Below are positions 1 through 10,779 of a stretch of DNA of 64,000 nucleotides, in pieces. Position 1 is the first letter of the stretch. The number at the start of each line of letters is the position of its first letter. The stretch lies in assembly GCA_963739455.1 (NCBI GenBank), contig CAVUAK010000001.1, positions 1,216,001 through 1,280,000 of the forward strand, written 5' to 3'. The notes under the pieces are model-generated. The model worked only from the letters and a program-made list of their open reading frames with translations. It did no database searches and had not been told where the DNA came from. The DNA comes from an uncultured Gemmatimonadales bacterium (GTDB taxonomy: Bacteria; Gemmatimonadota; Gemmatimonadetes; Gemmatimonadales; GWC2-71-9). Made by a program: the position numbers and the translations under genes.

Positions 1-50
1 CGACGGCGCCTGGACGATGCGATGCAGAAGCTTGCGGGACGGCGGCGCGG

Positions 51-506
51 ATGACAGCCGACCGTCGCAAGCGTCACCTCAAGATCCTCGAGCTGATCAG
101 CACGCGTGCGGTGCGGACGCAGGAGGAGCTGGCCGACGCGCTCGCGGCCGATGGCTGGCAGGTGACGCAGTCGTCGGTGAGCCGGGACATCGCGTCGCTT
201 CGGCTGGCGAAGGTGGATGGCACCTATCGCAAGGCGCCGGCGTCATCGTCGCGAGTGCGCGACCCGATGAGGTGCGCATTGCGGAGGGCGTGCTCACCGC
301 TGAGCCGGCCGGCGATGCGCTGGTGGTGGTGCACACCCCGCCGGGCGAGGCCAACCGGGTGGGCATCGCACTCGACCGGCTGGCATGGCCCGAGATCGTC
401 GGCACCATCGCCGGGCGATGACACGATCTTCCTGGCGGTGCGGGACAGCCGGGCGCAGCGACAGGTCATGAAGAGGATCCGCAGCATCTCGCCCGGGTCG
501 CAATAG
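51..506 (+). CDS. argR: Arginine repressor (two compensating frameshifts, near 260 and 415)
   Basis: N-terminal wHTH '[24 protein letters not shown]'; an alternate frame gives '[25 protein letters not shown]', then 'DDTIF'. Confidence 0.93.
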   Translation: MTADRRKRHLKILELISTRAVRTQEELADALAADGWQVTQSSVSRDIASLRLAKVDGTYRKAPASSSRVRDPMRCALRRACSPLSRPAMRWWWCTPRRARPTGWASHSTGWHGPRSSAPSPGDDTIFLAVRDSRAQRQVMKRIRSISPGSQ

Positions 507-528
507 GAGCAGGTGCCGCATGCTGAAA

Positions 529-566
529 ATGAAGCGGGCGGCCCCGTCAGGGGCCGCCCGTTTCAT
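529..566. terminator. Probable bidirectional intrinsic terminator between convergent genes
   Basis: ATGAAGCGGGCGGCCCC-GTCA-GGGGCCGCCCGTTTCAT hairpin. Confidence 0.8.
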
Positions 567-581
567 CTGGTATGAACGGTC

Positions 582-2393
582 CTACTGGATTACGACGCCG
601 GGCACGACGCTCGCGTCAAAGTAGGTGGAGCCACCGCGGTCGACCGCGATGACGACCACGGTATTGCTGAGCGGCGACAACTCCGACAACGACAGCTTGA
701 AGTCGCCCCGGTTCGGGCAGCCCTCATGCTTCTGGAAGCCGGAACCCGAATCGAACAGGCTCCCGCTGCCGTTGAACACGACTGCGGACGTCCGGTCGAC
801 CCCGTTCACGTAGACCCGGAAATCATTGTCCATCGCGAACTCCATGGTGCCGGTCGCCGCTCCATTGGGCGCAATGAAGTCGCGACGGAATGCGATAACC
901 TGACCCTGGCCAAAGAGCGTAGAATTTGTCCAGGCGAACGCGGCGTTTTCCGAGTTGTACACGTCGCAGTAGGTATCGGGAGGCAGGAGCATGCTGAATG
1001 CCCCCTGCACCGGGCCTGCATAACCACTGGCGCTCCCGACCGCCGCCGCGATCGCGTCAGCGTTGGGGTACGTGCCATCAGTCCCCAGCAGCTTCCAGCT
1101 CCAGCCGAGCGCGCTCCAATCGAATGGCGCTGTGGGCGCCACGCCGGTGGCGGTGAAGGTGACCGGCGACCCGATGAAGCTGAGACCAGCCTGGTTCGGC
1201 GTGGCCGTCAGCGTGTTGTCCCCGAGACCCAGCAACCATGAGCCGACAGTGGCGAAGCCGCCACCGGAGGTGGCCACGGTTCCGCCGGATGCGAACACAA
1301 TGGAGACACCATCCACCGGACGATTCTGGAAAGTCCGCACCTTCACGGACGGTAGCGCACCCGCCTGGGTGCCTGCTGTCCCCGACTGGGTGGTTGCCGA
1401 GTTGGCGCTCACCGCCAGCAGCGGATCAACCGCGGCGAAGGGGCTGTAGGAGCGCACCTTGCCGCCAGTGGTCGGGGGACTGCCAAGGGCATAGAGGCGC
1501 TGTGGCAGGAACATGCGCTCGAAGAAGCCGACCTGCTGGCTGCAGTTGACCAGCGGAAAGGGCACCCGATGTCTCGCAATGATCTCGATGTTTCCGAATC
1601 GGGTATTTCCAGTCCCAAGCATCCCCGGACGCGTTGTTGTGCGCGAGGCGCAACCGCTCGTCGACCGCCGAGTTGCTGGATGACGCTATGCAGGCGGCGA
1701 CGAAAACACCGCCGCTTGCCGCCGTGCCCAGCGGCACACTCGGCGTGACGCTGAACTCGTAGCCCGGCCCATACTGGTCGAGCTGGGTGTCGAGCCAGGG
1801 GGGCGACTGATTCGGCAGCTTGGTGATCGTGATGAGGACTGTCTGCGGCACGTCGCCGGTGGCGATCTGCGTTGCCGCCCTCAGGTTGCCGGTCTTGACC
1901 ACGGTCGTCGGACTGGTGGGCGTCACGACGGCAGCACCGCCATCGGGACCGAGATCGATCGGCGGCGTTGGCAGGCCGACGAGACAGAACAGGAGCTTGA
2001 TCAGAGCCTCGAGCTTACCGCGCTTCACCGGGTCGTTTGCGTACAGGCCACTGTTCCGCGCCTTCACCAGTGCGTCAACGATCTCGAACATCCTGGCCCG
2101 CGCGCGGTCGACTCGCCCGCCGGTGCGATCCAGGTTCAGCGAGGCGAGCTTGCAGTGCCACCACCGTCCCAAGCGGCCCGGGAAGGATGGCCTTGACCAG
2201 CGCGGTGATGTCGGTGGGGCTGCAACCCTGGGCAACGAGGAAGGCGTCATCGGCAATGTTTGGCGGCTGCTGCTGCTGGAGCTGGCTGTGCGGGTTCCTG
2301 CGGACCAGTCGGAAGCGGGCTGTTGTCGGTGCCACATGAGGCGAGCACGACGGCGAGCATCAATCCGAGGCAAAGTCGAAGATGGCGGCGCAC
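582..2393 (-). CDS. Large hypothetical lipoprotein (ZU5-like, Ig-like and C-terminal jelly-roll/sugar-binding-like segments); frameshifted
   Basis: GTG start after GAGGG; lipobox 'LGLMLAVVLAS-C'; joins ORFs 2247-2462, 2075-2335, 1426-2373 and 582-1622; C-terminal 'FRRDF..MDNDFRVYVNG'. Confidence 0.6.
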
Positions 2394-2456
2394 TGGTACG
2401 GTCCCTCGCAAGCGGCGTGGTGAGTCTGGATCGACTGCGGGTCTGATTACAACGGG

Positions 2457-2529
2457 TGGCAATATACTTGCCGCTCAGGAGTTAGCCAGTAGCTGCAATG
2501 CTAAGTCATTGATCATTGCAACGAGTTAG
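2457..2529 (-). promoter_or_regulatory. Putative sigma54 (-24/-12) promoter with upstream IHF-like inverted repeat
   Basis: Minus strand GCGGCAAGTATATTGCC (GG-N10-GC); CTAAGTCATTG-N7-CAACGAGTTAG at 2501-2529. Confidence 0.45.
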
Positions 2530-2621
2530 TCTCCAAGACAATTGCTTTGGGTGGGCAGAATCGTGACGCTCGCGTGTTGCGTGGCAGGAGCATGAATGGT
2601 GTGCGCCCTACACGCAGCGTG

Positions 2622-5249
2622 TCAGGGAGCGCCTACCACCTTGCTCCATTCGGGGTCGGATTGGAGTGATTCGAACCTCCATCCGGCGCTCTCGGCCATG
2701 GCCTTCTGCTGTGTCGGGTTCGCCGTCCAGAAAGTCTTGAGCGCCTTGAACGCCGCCTTGCTGTCGCCGAGCAGGGTGTAGACGTAGGCCTCCTCCTCGG
2801 CGAGGTCGTGGGTCGGGTCGATTTCAGTTGTTCCCCGGGACCGCTGCACGACACTACGGGCGCTGTCGGCGAGCTTGGCCCGCGCGATCACGGCGGCGGC
2901 GATCATCTGCGCCTGCAGTGTCCGGAACTCACGTTCCTGCTCGGGGGCGAGCGCCGTCAGCGCTGTCACGCAGCCGCCAGGCGCGCGCTACGTCGGGCTC
3001 TTCCGCCCGGGTGGCGAGCAGGCGGAGGCGGCAGGTGGCGAAGTGGTAGTCGGCCGGGAAGCGCCGCTGGCCCTCGTCGCACCACTGCTTCGCGTCGGCA
3101 AACTGGGCCAGGTCGTAGGAGGAGTAGAACAGCCGGTCGATAACCTTGTCGATGTTGGCGAGGTAGGCGTCCTCCTCGTACGCGCGCCGGGCAGCGAGCT
3201 TCGCGTCGGTCGGGCCCTTGGTGTGGTTGTAGAGGTGTGCGAGGGACGCCCAGGCCCGGGCCTCGCGAGGGATCGATCTTGACGGCGAGCTCGAGGTCGG
3301 CCTGCGCCGACTCGAGCAACTTGTTGGCCGCGACTGGATCGGCCTCGAGGCCGCAGGAGCCACCGCCAGTAGCGGAGCTCGCCGCGCTGGAAGAGGGCTG
3401 CGGGATCCTGCGGGATCGAGTGCCAGTGCCTGCTCGACGAACCCGAGTCCCTTGGTGATGTACGGCGCGGCGAGCACCGGATCGGTGTTGACCCGGTATA
3501 CCTGCTGCGACGCGATGGTGCCGCGCTGCACCAGCGGTTCCGTCCACTTGGGATCGAGAGCCGACGCCTGGGCCAGGAGCGAGTCCGCCTGCTCGAACGC
3601 GCGTCCCGCTGCGGCCGGTGTCGGCATGACCAAGCGAGTCGGCCTGACGGCTGAACGCCTCTGCCCGCTGCACGAGTATCCAGGCCTGCGGGATTGGAGG
3701 CACGCTGGCGCTGCTCGCGGATTCGTACCTCGGCACCGAGGCGTTCGCGCAGGAAGACGCGCTGCCTTCTGCGCGAGTGAGTCTCCAAGGGTGAGGTACT
3801 GGCTCGCCGGCTGCTCGAAGCTGGCCCGCTGGAACTCGGCACCGCTGGCGGCGTCTACCAGTCGAACGGTGACGCGAACCTTGTCGCGCTCCTGCTCGAC
3901 GCTTCCCTCGACCAGCGTCCCCACCTTGAGCAAGCGGGCGATGCTGTCGCGCGGCACGTTGCCGCCGCGAAAAGGCGCCACGCCATTGCTGGAGATGACC
4001 TCCAGTTCGCTCACCTGGCCGAGCTGGGTGATCAGTCCCTCGGTGAGACCGTCGGCGAGGAAGCGGAGGGAATCGCCGGTGCCCGCGGTCTGGAAGTAGA
4101 GCACGGCGATCCGGCGGGCGTCGTCTCCCGCCGCCACCGGTGCCACCGCCTTGCCGCCACGGCCCGACATGAACTTCCACCCGGCGATGCTGGCCAGGGA
4201 GAGGAGGACCGCGATCGACGCCACCGATGAGCCACTTCCGGCGCGGGGCTGGCTCCTCCGCCGCCTCGAAGTCCTGAACCGGGGTCGTGCCCGTCCGGCC
4301 GCCTGGCCGCATGATCCTGGCGGTGGTGCGCCGGGTGGAGATCGGAACCTGCTGCGGCGTCCGCGGGGTATTGGCGCGCCGGGCGGATGTGCGCAGGAGC
4401 GACGCTTCGGCCTCCGCTTCGCCGAGGGCCTCGGCGAAATCCTTCATGCTGGGAAACCGGTCGGCCGGTGTCTTCTCCAGCGCCCGGAAGGTGGCGTCCT
4501 CGACCGCGTCCGGAATCGAGTTCCGTACCACCTGCATGCTGGGCACCTGCTCCAGGGAGTGGCGCGCCAGGACTGCCATGGCATTCGGTCCGTCGAACGG
4601 CGGCTGGCCCGACGAGCAGCTCGTAGAGCACGCACCCCAGGCTGTACTCGTCGCTGCGACCGTCCATGTCGCCGCCCAGCGATTGCTCCGGGCTCATGTA
4701 GTGGGGTGTCCCCACCGCCATCCCCGTCTCGGTCAGCTTCTGGCCCGAGGCTGCCTCGACTGCCTTGGCAATCCCGAAGTCGGCCACGAGGGCATGACCG
4801 CCCTGAAGCAGGATGTTCTCCGGCTTGATGTCGCGGTGGATGATCTTGCGTTCGTGGGCGTACTGCAGCGCCTCAGCCGACTCGCGGACGATGCGGAGCG
4901 CGTCCTCGATGGGAAGCTGGTGTTCCCGGATGAGCCGGTCGCGAACCGACTCGCCCTCGATGAAGGGCATCACATAGTAGAGGAGGCCGTCGGCCACCCC
5001 GGAGTCGTACAGGCCGAGGATGTTGGGGTGCTGGAGCTGGGCAGCGACGCGGATTTCGCGGAGGAAACGGTCGGCACCGATGGTGGCCGACAACTCCGGC
5101 TTGAGCACCTTGATGGCCACCATGCGCTCGTGCTTCGAGTCGCGGGCCAGGTAGACGAAGGCCATCCCGCCCTGACCCAGCAGGCGCTCCACGTCGTAAT
5201 GGCCGGCCAGGGCTTCCCGCAGTCGTTCCAGCTGATCGGCCACGGACAC
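2622..5249 (-). CDS. Hanks-type Ser/Thr protein kinase with TM segment, TolB-like domain and TPR-like repeats; several frameshifts
   Basis: GQGGMA, VAIK, HRDIKPEN, DFG, GTPHYMSPEQ; 'RIAVLYF..GLTEGLITQL..LVEGSVE' domain; helical repeats downstream. Confidence 0.88.
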
Positions 5250-5291
5250 TCAGGTAAAGGGGAGGAGTCGAAACAGTCAGGTTACAGAATA

Positions 5292-6122
5292 CTAGCCGAT
5301 TAGTGCCTCCCGCATGGCCGAGGCGGTGGGGTAGCGGTCAGCCGGTTCCTTCGCGAGCGCCTTGTCGAGGACGTCGGCGAGGCGCTTCGGCGTGTCCGTC
5401 CGCAGCGTCTCGATTCGCGGCGGCGGTTCCGAGAGGTGCTTTTGCAGGACGATGCCCTCCACCTTGTGCACGAAGGGGGGCCGGCCGGCGAGGCACTCGA
5501 AGAGGACGCAGGCCAGGGAGTAGAGGTCGCTGCGGTGGTCGATGTCGCGGAGGCCGCGGATCTGCTCGGGGCTCATGTAGGTGCAGGTGCCGAGCGCCAC
5601 GCCTGAGCGGGTCAGGTTCTCGCCGGCAGAGTCGGCGATCGCCTTGGCGATGCCGAAGTCGAGCAGGATGGTGCGGCCATCGGAAATGACGATGTTCTCC
5701 GGCTTCACGTCGCGATGAACGATGCTGTGCTCGTGGGCATGTTGCAGCGCGCCCAGCAGGTCGACGCCAAGGCGGACGACATCGTCGACGGGAAGGGAGC
5801 GGGCCCTTGTTATGCCCTCGCGAAGGGTAGGGCCGGGGCAATACGACATCGCGTAGTAGACCACCCAGTCGGCTTCACCGGAGTCGAGCAGGCGCGCGAT
5901 GTTGGGATGGTCGAGCTGGCTGCAGAGGCGGACCTCGCGCAGAAAGCGATCAGCCGCCACGGTGACGGCCAGCTCGGGATGCAGCACCTTGAGCGCCACT
6001 TCATCGCCGGCCCGGCTGCGGGCCAGGAACACGCGCGCGCCGCCGCCCCGCCCGACCTCGCGATCCAGCGTATAGAGGTCGCCGAGGGCCGTCTGGACTG
6101 CGGTGAAGAGGTCACGCGCCAT
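5292..6122 (-). CDS. Ser/Thr protein kinase (kinase domain only)
   Basis: GRGGGA, VALK, HRDVKPEN, DFG, GTCTYMSPEQ; ATG at 6122 overlaps the xdhC stop. Confidence 0.92.
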   Translation of the reverse strand: MARDLFTAVQTALGDLYTLDREVGRGGGARVFLARSRAGDEVALKVLHPELAVTVAADRFLREVRLCSQLDHPNIARLLDSGEADWVVYYAMSYCPGPTLREGITRARSLPVDDVVRLGVDLLGALQHAHEHSIVHRDVKPENIVISDGRTILLDFGIAKAIADSAGENLTRSGVALGTCTYMSPEQIRGLRDIDHRSDLYSLACVLFECLAGRPPFVHKVEGIVLQKHLSEPPPRIETLRTDTPKRLADVLDKALAKEPADRYPTASAMREALIG

Positions 6123-7215
6123 GAGTAAGCGAGCTTCCCTTCGCCCCGTATCGAACAGCGGTAATCTCGGCGATGATGGCGAGTGCGGTCTCCATGGGCT
6201 GCTTGCCGCCAAGGTCGAGGCCGACCGGCCCGTGGAGGCGCTGCAGGTCAGCCTCACTGAAGCCTGCGGCGCGCAGCCGTGCCCGGCGCTTCTCCTGGGT
6301 CTTCCGTGAACCGATCGTGCCGATGTACGGCACCGGGGACCGGAGGGCGATCTCGGTGGCGGGCTCGTCGAACTTCGGGTCGTGCGACAGGAGCACCACG
6401 AAGGTGCGCGCATCGAGCCCGATTCGCTCGAAGGCTTCCCCGGGCCACCCGAGCACCAGCTCATCGGCATCGGGGAACCGCTCGCGCGTAAGCCAGGCAG
6501 CGCGTCCGTCGGCAACGTAGGTGCGATAGCCGAGCGCGCGCCCGAGCAGCGTCAGTGCCTGCGCGATGTGGACGCCGCCGAAGATCAGGAGCCTCGGCTG
6601 CCGGGGAAACACCTCGAGCAATACCAGCAGCTCGCCGCCCTCGGGCATGGTGAACTTCTCGGTCCGGCTCTCGCCCCGTGCAAGTGCGTTGAGCGCAGCC
6701 GCCTCCACCTGGGTGAGCACCGAGTCGAGTTCCAGTTCGGCCTGCCGGGAGTCATTTCGCGCCGCACCCATGGGCGGCATGATCGGCTCCCGGCTGTCAT
6801 CGTCACGCAGGATATAGGCGGCACCGATGACCCCGGGCGCCTCGATGACGGTGGCGACCACCACACCACCCTCGCCCCGCGCGGCCTCGAGCACGGCGGT
6901 GCGCACGGCAGGCTCGATCAGCACGGAGATCGTGCCGCCGCACGAGAGGCCGACTTCCCAGGCCGCATCGTCAGCGACGCCATAGGTGACGAGTTTCGCC
7001 GTTCCCCGGGTCGCCGCCTCGGCGATCTCCAGCGCCACGGCGTTCTCGACACAGCCACCGGACACCGAACCGAGGATGGCACCCGAAGGCGTCGCCAGCA
7101 TGACGGCCCCCGCCCGGCGCGGAGCGCTGCCCCAGACCTGCGTCACCACGGCGCGACCGATCGGCTCGTTGCGGGCGATCAGGCGCTGATAGTCGGACAG
7201 GGTCTGCAGGGTCAC
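6112..7215 (-). CDS. xdhC: XdhC/CoxI family xanthine dehydrogenase accessory protein
   Basis: 'WGSAPRRAGA..GSVSGGCVE', 'GLSCGG', 'SHDPKFD', 'YIGTIGSR', 'LHGPVGLDLG'. Confidence 0.92.
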   Translation of the reverse strand: MTLQTLSDYQRLIARNEPIGRAVVTQVWGSAPRRAGAVMLATPSGAILGSVSGGCVENAVALEIAEAATRGTAKLVTYGVADDAAWEVGLSCGGTISVLIEPAVRTAVLEAARGEGGVVVATVIEAPGVIGAAYILRDDDSREPIMPPMGAARNDSRQAELELDSVLTQVEAAALNALARGESRTEKFTMPEGGELLVLLEVFPRQPRLLIFGGVHIAQALTLLGRALGYRTYVADGRAAWLTRERFPDADELVLGWPGEAFERIGLDARTFVVLLSHDPKFDEPATEIALRSPVPYIGTIGSRKTQEKRRARLRAAGFSEADLQRLHGPVGLDLGGKQPMETALAIIAEITAVRYGAKGSSLTHGA

Positions 7216-7293
7216 GGCGGCGGTTCGTCTCGGGGCAGGGGTATGGGAAGATGCGAGCGCCCACGGGGCGAAGTAAAGAGCGCGGACGCCGAG

Positions 7294-7755
7294 TCAGGCG
7301 GCCGCTGCGGCGCCAGCGCGACGGGCGAAGTCCTGCCAGAACTGCTCGGTGAGCTTGCCCGCCATCCCGTCCAGCAGTCGGCCGCCGATGCTGGCGAGCG
7401 CCCCACCCACCTCGCACTCCGATTGCCAGCGCATGGTGGTGCGAGCGGGACCGGCTTCCACCAGGTCGATGTTGGCGGTGACATCTACCGTCGAGCCCGG
7501 GGCACTGCCACGCGCGCGCATCACCAGGTGCTCCGGAGCCTTGAGCTCCAGCAGCTCCACATCGAGCACAAAATGGAACTTGATGGCCCCGACGCCCACG
7601 GCGGAGACGACCTTGAAGTGGCTGTCGTCGATGCGCTCGACCCGCTCCACCCCGGGAGCCGACGCTGCCACGAACTCGGCGTCCAGCAGCCGTTGCCATA
7701 CCACGGCACGCGGGGCGCTCACTTCGGGCGAGCCGGAAAAACTGAGCCGCATCAC
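7294..7755 (-). CDS. coxG: CoxG / SRPBCC family protein
   Basis: 'VSAPRAVVWQRLLD..SAPGVE', 'VGGALASIGGRLL'; adjacent to xdhC. Confidence 0.85.
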   Translation of the reverse strand: MMRLSFSGSPEVSAPRAVVWQRLLDAEFVAASAPGVERVERIDDSHFKVVSAVGVGAIKFHFVLDVELLELKAPEHLVMRARGSAPGSTVDVTANIDLVEAGPARTTMRWQSECEVGGALASIGGRLLDGMAGKLTEQFWQDFARRAGAAAAA

Positions 7756-8378
7756 GCGTTCTCCTCGAGGGGAAATTCTGCCAGGTCGGCCGGGGTATCG
7801 ATGTCGGGATTCCTGCCGGGCACCTGCACCAGCTCAACCGCACCCTGTTGAAGGAACCGGCCGAGTCCGGCGTCGCCCTCGAGGCGGGCTACCTCGGGCC
7901 AGATCCGCCGATCCAGAAGGACGGGATGGCCCGGGTCGCCGGGACTGCCGGCGTACTCGGGACGCACCGCAGCCGCGCCGGTCGCCCGCCATCGGCGCAC
8001 TACCTCGGCAATCACGTCGCGCCGGAGCCCCGGCTGGTCGCCCAGAACAATGAGGGCGGCGGCTCCATTGGCGGGTGCCGACATTGCCACCCGGTCGAGG
8101 CCGGCCCGCAGGCTCAGCGCGAGTCCCTCCCCCGCTCGTTCCGCCACCACGACGATGGCACCCACCTCACGCGCGAGGGTCGCCCCGGCGTCGGTGTCGT
8201 CTCTTGTAACCAGGTAGACGGCGCGGAGAATACCATCGTGCGCGCTCGCCGTCACCGTGTCGAGCACCCGGCCGAGCACCGCGCGACCGGCAAGCGGCGT
8301 CGTGAGCTTGTCGCCGCCGAACCGGGTGCTGCGACCGGCGGCGAGGATGACGGCGAAAACGGGGGGGACCGGGGACAT
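7752..8378 (-). CDS. mocA: MocA/MobA-like nucleotidyltransferase (Moco cytidylyltransferase)
   Basis: 'VILAAGRSTRFGGDKL', 'LGDQP', 'GHPVL', 'GDAG', 'DIDTPADL'. Confidence 0.85.
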   Translation of the reverse strand: MSPVPPVFAVILAAGRSTRFGGDKLTTPLAGRAVLGRVLDTVTASAHDGILRAVYLVTRDDTDAGATLAREVGAIVVVAERAGEGLALSLRAGLDRVAMSAPANGAAALIVLGDQPGLRRDVIAEVVRRWRATGAAAVRPEYAGSPGDPGHPVLLDRRIWPEVARLEGDAGLGRFLQQGAVELVQVPGRNPDIDTPADLAEFPLEENA

Positions 8379-8427
8379 GGGGCAGGGTACCGCTGTAACA
8401 GCAGGGCGGTCAAGAACGCCGAACCGC

Positions 8428-8456
8428 TTGACCAAGCGGCCATCCTGCCCTAGAGT
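8428..8456 (+). promoter_or_regulatory. sigma70-type promoter of tRNA-Asn
   Basis: TTGACC-17 nt-TAGAGT. Confidence 0.7.
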
Positions 8457-8498
8457 CGTGGACCCCGCCAGAACTGTCCAGCTGACGGGGGTTCGCTT

Positions 8499-8571
8499 TG
8501 GGGTGTAGCTCAACTGGCAGAGCGTCCGGCTGTTAACCGGAAGGTTGCTGGTTCGACCCCAGCCGCCCCAG
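8499..8571 (+). tRNA. tRNA-Asn (GTT), CCA not encoded
   Basis: Cloverleaf: acceptor TGGGGTG/CGCCCCA, anticodon arm TCCGG-CTGTTAA-CCGGA, T arm GCTGG-TTCGACC-CCAGC. Confidence 0.97.
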
Positions 8572-8630
8572 TACGACGTCCGCCACCGGCGGACTATCCG
8601 CGGTGGTCCCCCGGGCCACCTGCATCTCCG

Positions 8631-10779
8631 ATGAATTCTCGCCTGACCGTTTTCGCGCTGTGCCTGCTGCTGCCTGGGAAGCTTCACGCCCAGGCAGAGC
8701 CGCAGGATTGCCCGCGCCTCCGGGCCAGCGGCGCCAGCGCCGACCTCTACTGCATGCCGCTCGTTCCGGCGCCCGGCGTCAACGCGCATGGAGCGGTGGA
8801 GCTGGGCTGGGTTCCGGGGCCTTTCACAGTCGCTGTCTCACCAGCGGGTGTCCAACGCTGGAACCTCCTCATTGCGACATCCGGGCTAGTTCAGCCCAGC
8901 GCGCGTTCGGGCAAGGCCGGGCTCGTAGTCTGGGCGGCACCGCCGTCACTCACCCCGCTGGTGAAGCTGGGCGTGCTGCGCACCGATACCCTGCTGGCGG
9001 GGACAGTGACGTTCGACCGGTTCCTGCTCTTGATCAGCAACGAGTCCGATACTGCCACCAAGGAGATGCGCGGCCGGGTGGTGCTCCGCGGCGAGTCTCC
9101 CAGCAACCGGCTCCGTCCGGCCGACACCTATCAATTCTTCCTGGGTGCACTGGGGCCGCGCGGTGCGCAGGGTGAAGCGATGCACATGAATCATGGTGGG
9201 CCACCCATGAGTGCGATGGGCACATGGGCCGCGGCACCCATGTACCCCGGTCTCGACATGCTGCCCTCGGAGATGGCGCTCCGCCCGGCCGAGGAACCAT
9301 GGCTGCCGGCTGCGCCCCGACGCGCCGCTCGCCAGGCCGAGGGAAGTGGTGCTGCTCAAGGATGGTGACACGCTCAACCTCAGCGCAGGCGTGGTGCGGC
9401 GCTCGATCGCCGGGCGCGAGTACACCATGTTCGGGTTCAACGGCCAGTATCCGGGGCCGCTCCTTGCCGTCACGCGCGGTTCGACGGTGACGGTGCGGCT
9501 CAAGAACGAACTACCGGTGCCGACAACGGTGCACTGGCACGGAGTCCGGCTGGACAACCGCTATGACGGCGTGCCCGACGCGGCGCGTCCCGCGGTCGAG
9601 CCGGGAGCGTCATTCACCTATCAACTGAAATTTCCGGACGAGGGACTGTTCTGGTATCACCCGCACGTGCGCGAGGACATCCAGCAGGATCTCGGACTCT
9701 ACGGCAACATCTTCGTGTCGCCGCCGGGTGCGGGCACGGTGCCGGGCCCGAACGAGAGCTTCCTGATCCTGGACGACCTGCTCATCGGCGACGCCGGGCT
9801 CGTGCCGTATGGCGCGGAGACGCCGACCCACGCAGCGATGGGACGGTTCGGCAACGTGCTGCTGGTGAATGGCGAGACGGCCTGGAGTGCCACGGCGCGG
9901 ACCGGCGAGGTGCTGCGACTTCGCCTGACAAATGTTGCCAACACGAGGACCTTCAACCTGTCATTGGGTCCTGACGCGCAGCTTCGCGTAGTCAGCTCCG
10001 ACCTGGGCGACTTTGCGACAGCACAATCGGTGGAGAGCGTCGTGATCGCGCCGGCAGAACGCTACGCGATCGACGTGAGCTTCTCGAAGCCGGGAACGTA
10101 CCGGCTCGTCAACCGGGTGCGCGCCATCGATCATCTCTACGGCCGGTTCTTCGACGCCGTTGATACGCTCGGCACTGTGGTGGTTACGGCTGGATCACCG
10201 GGGCCGGCGCCACTCAGCCGCAATCCGGCACCCGGTCGTGACGCCGAGCAGGTTGGGGCGCTGGCCAAGGCGAACCTGGGCCTTCCGCCGCAGCACACGC
10301 TCGAGCTCAGCGCCCGGTTCACCGGCCTTCCGTTCGTCAGTGAGCAGTTGATGCGAATCGACTCGATCTACTTCAACCCGGTGGAGTGGGAAGGCACCAT
10401 GCCAGGGATGAACCAGGCGACCACGGGGAACCAGGCACACTGGATCCTGAGGGACCCGGACACCGGTGCCGAGAACATGGATATCCACTGGTCTTTCAGG
10501 CAGGGAGACCTGGTACGGCTTCGGCTGGTGGGTGTGCGGAACACCCTCCACGGGATGCACCACCCGATCCATATCCATGGCCAGCGCTTCCTGGTGCTGG
10601 CGGTGAACGGTACGCCGAACGAGAATCCTGTATGGAAGGACACCGTCCTGCTGCCGGCCGCCGGGGCGCTCGACCTGCTGGTGGACATGTCCAACCCCGG
10701 AAGCTGGATGCTGCACTGTCACATCGCGGAACACCTTCAGGCGGGGATGATGATGCATTTCAACGTGGAGCAGCCATGA
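8631..10779 (+). CDS. Secreted multicopper oxidase with N-terminal extension (frameshift near 9310)
   Basis: Signal peptide; HWHG, WYHPH, HPIHIHG, HCHIAEH..GM copper motifs. Confidence 0.92.

Noticed and set aside
8499..8640. tRNA-Asn (or tRNA-Ala at 52911) as a genomic-island integration site
   Set aside because: I found no integrase, no duplicated tRNA 3' end and no clear composition shift in the window.
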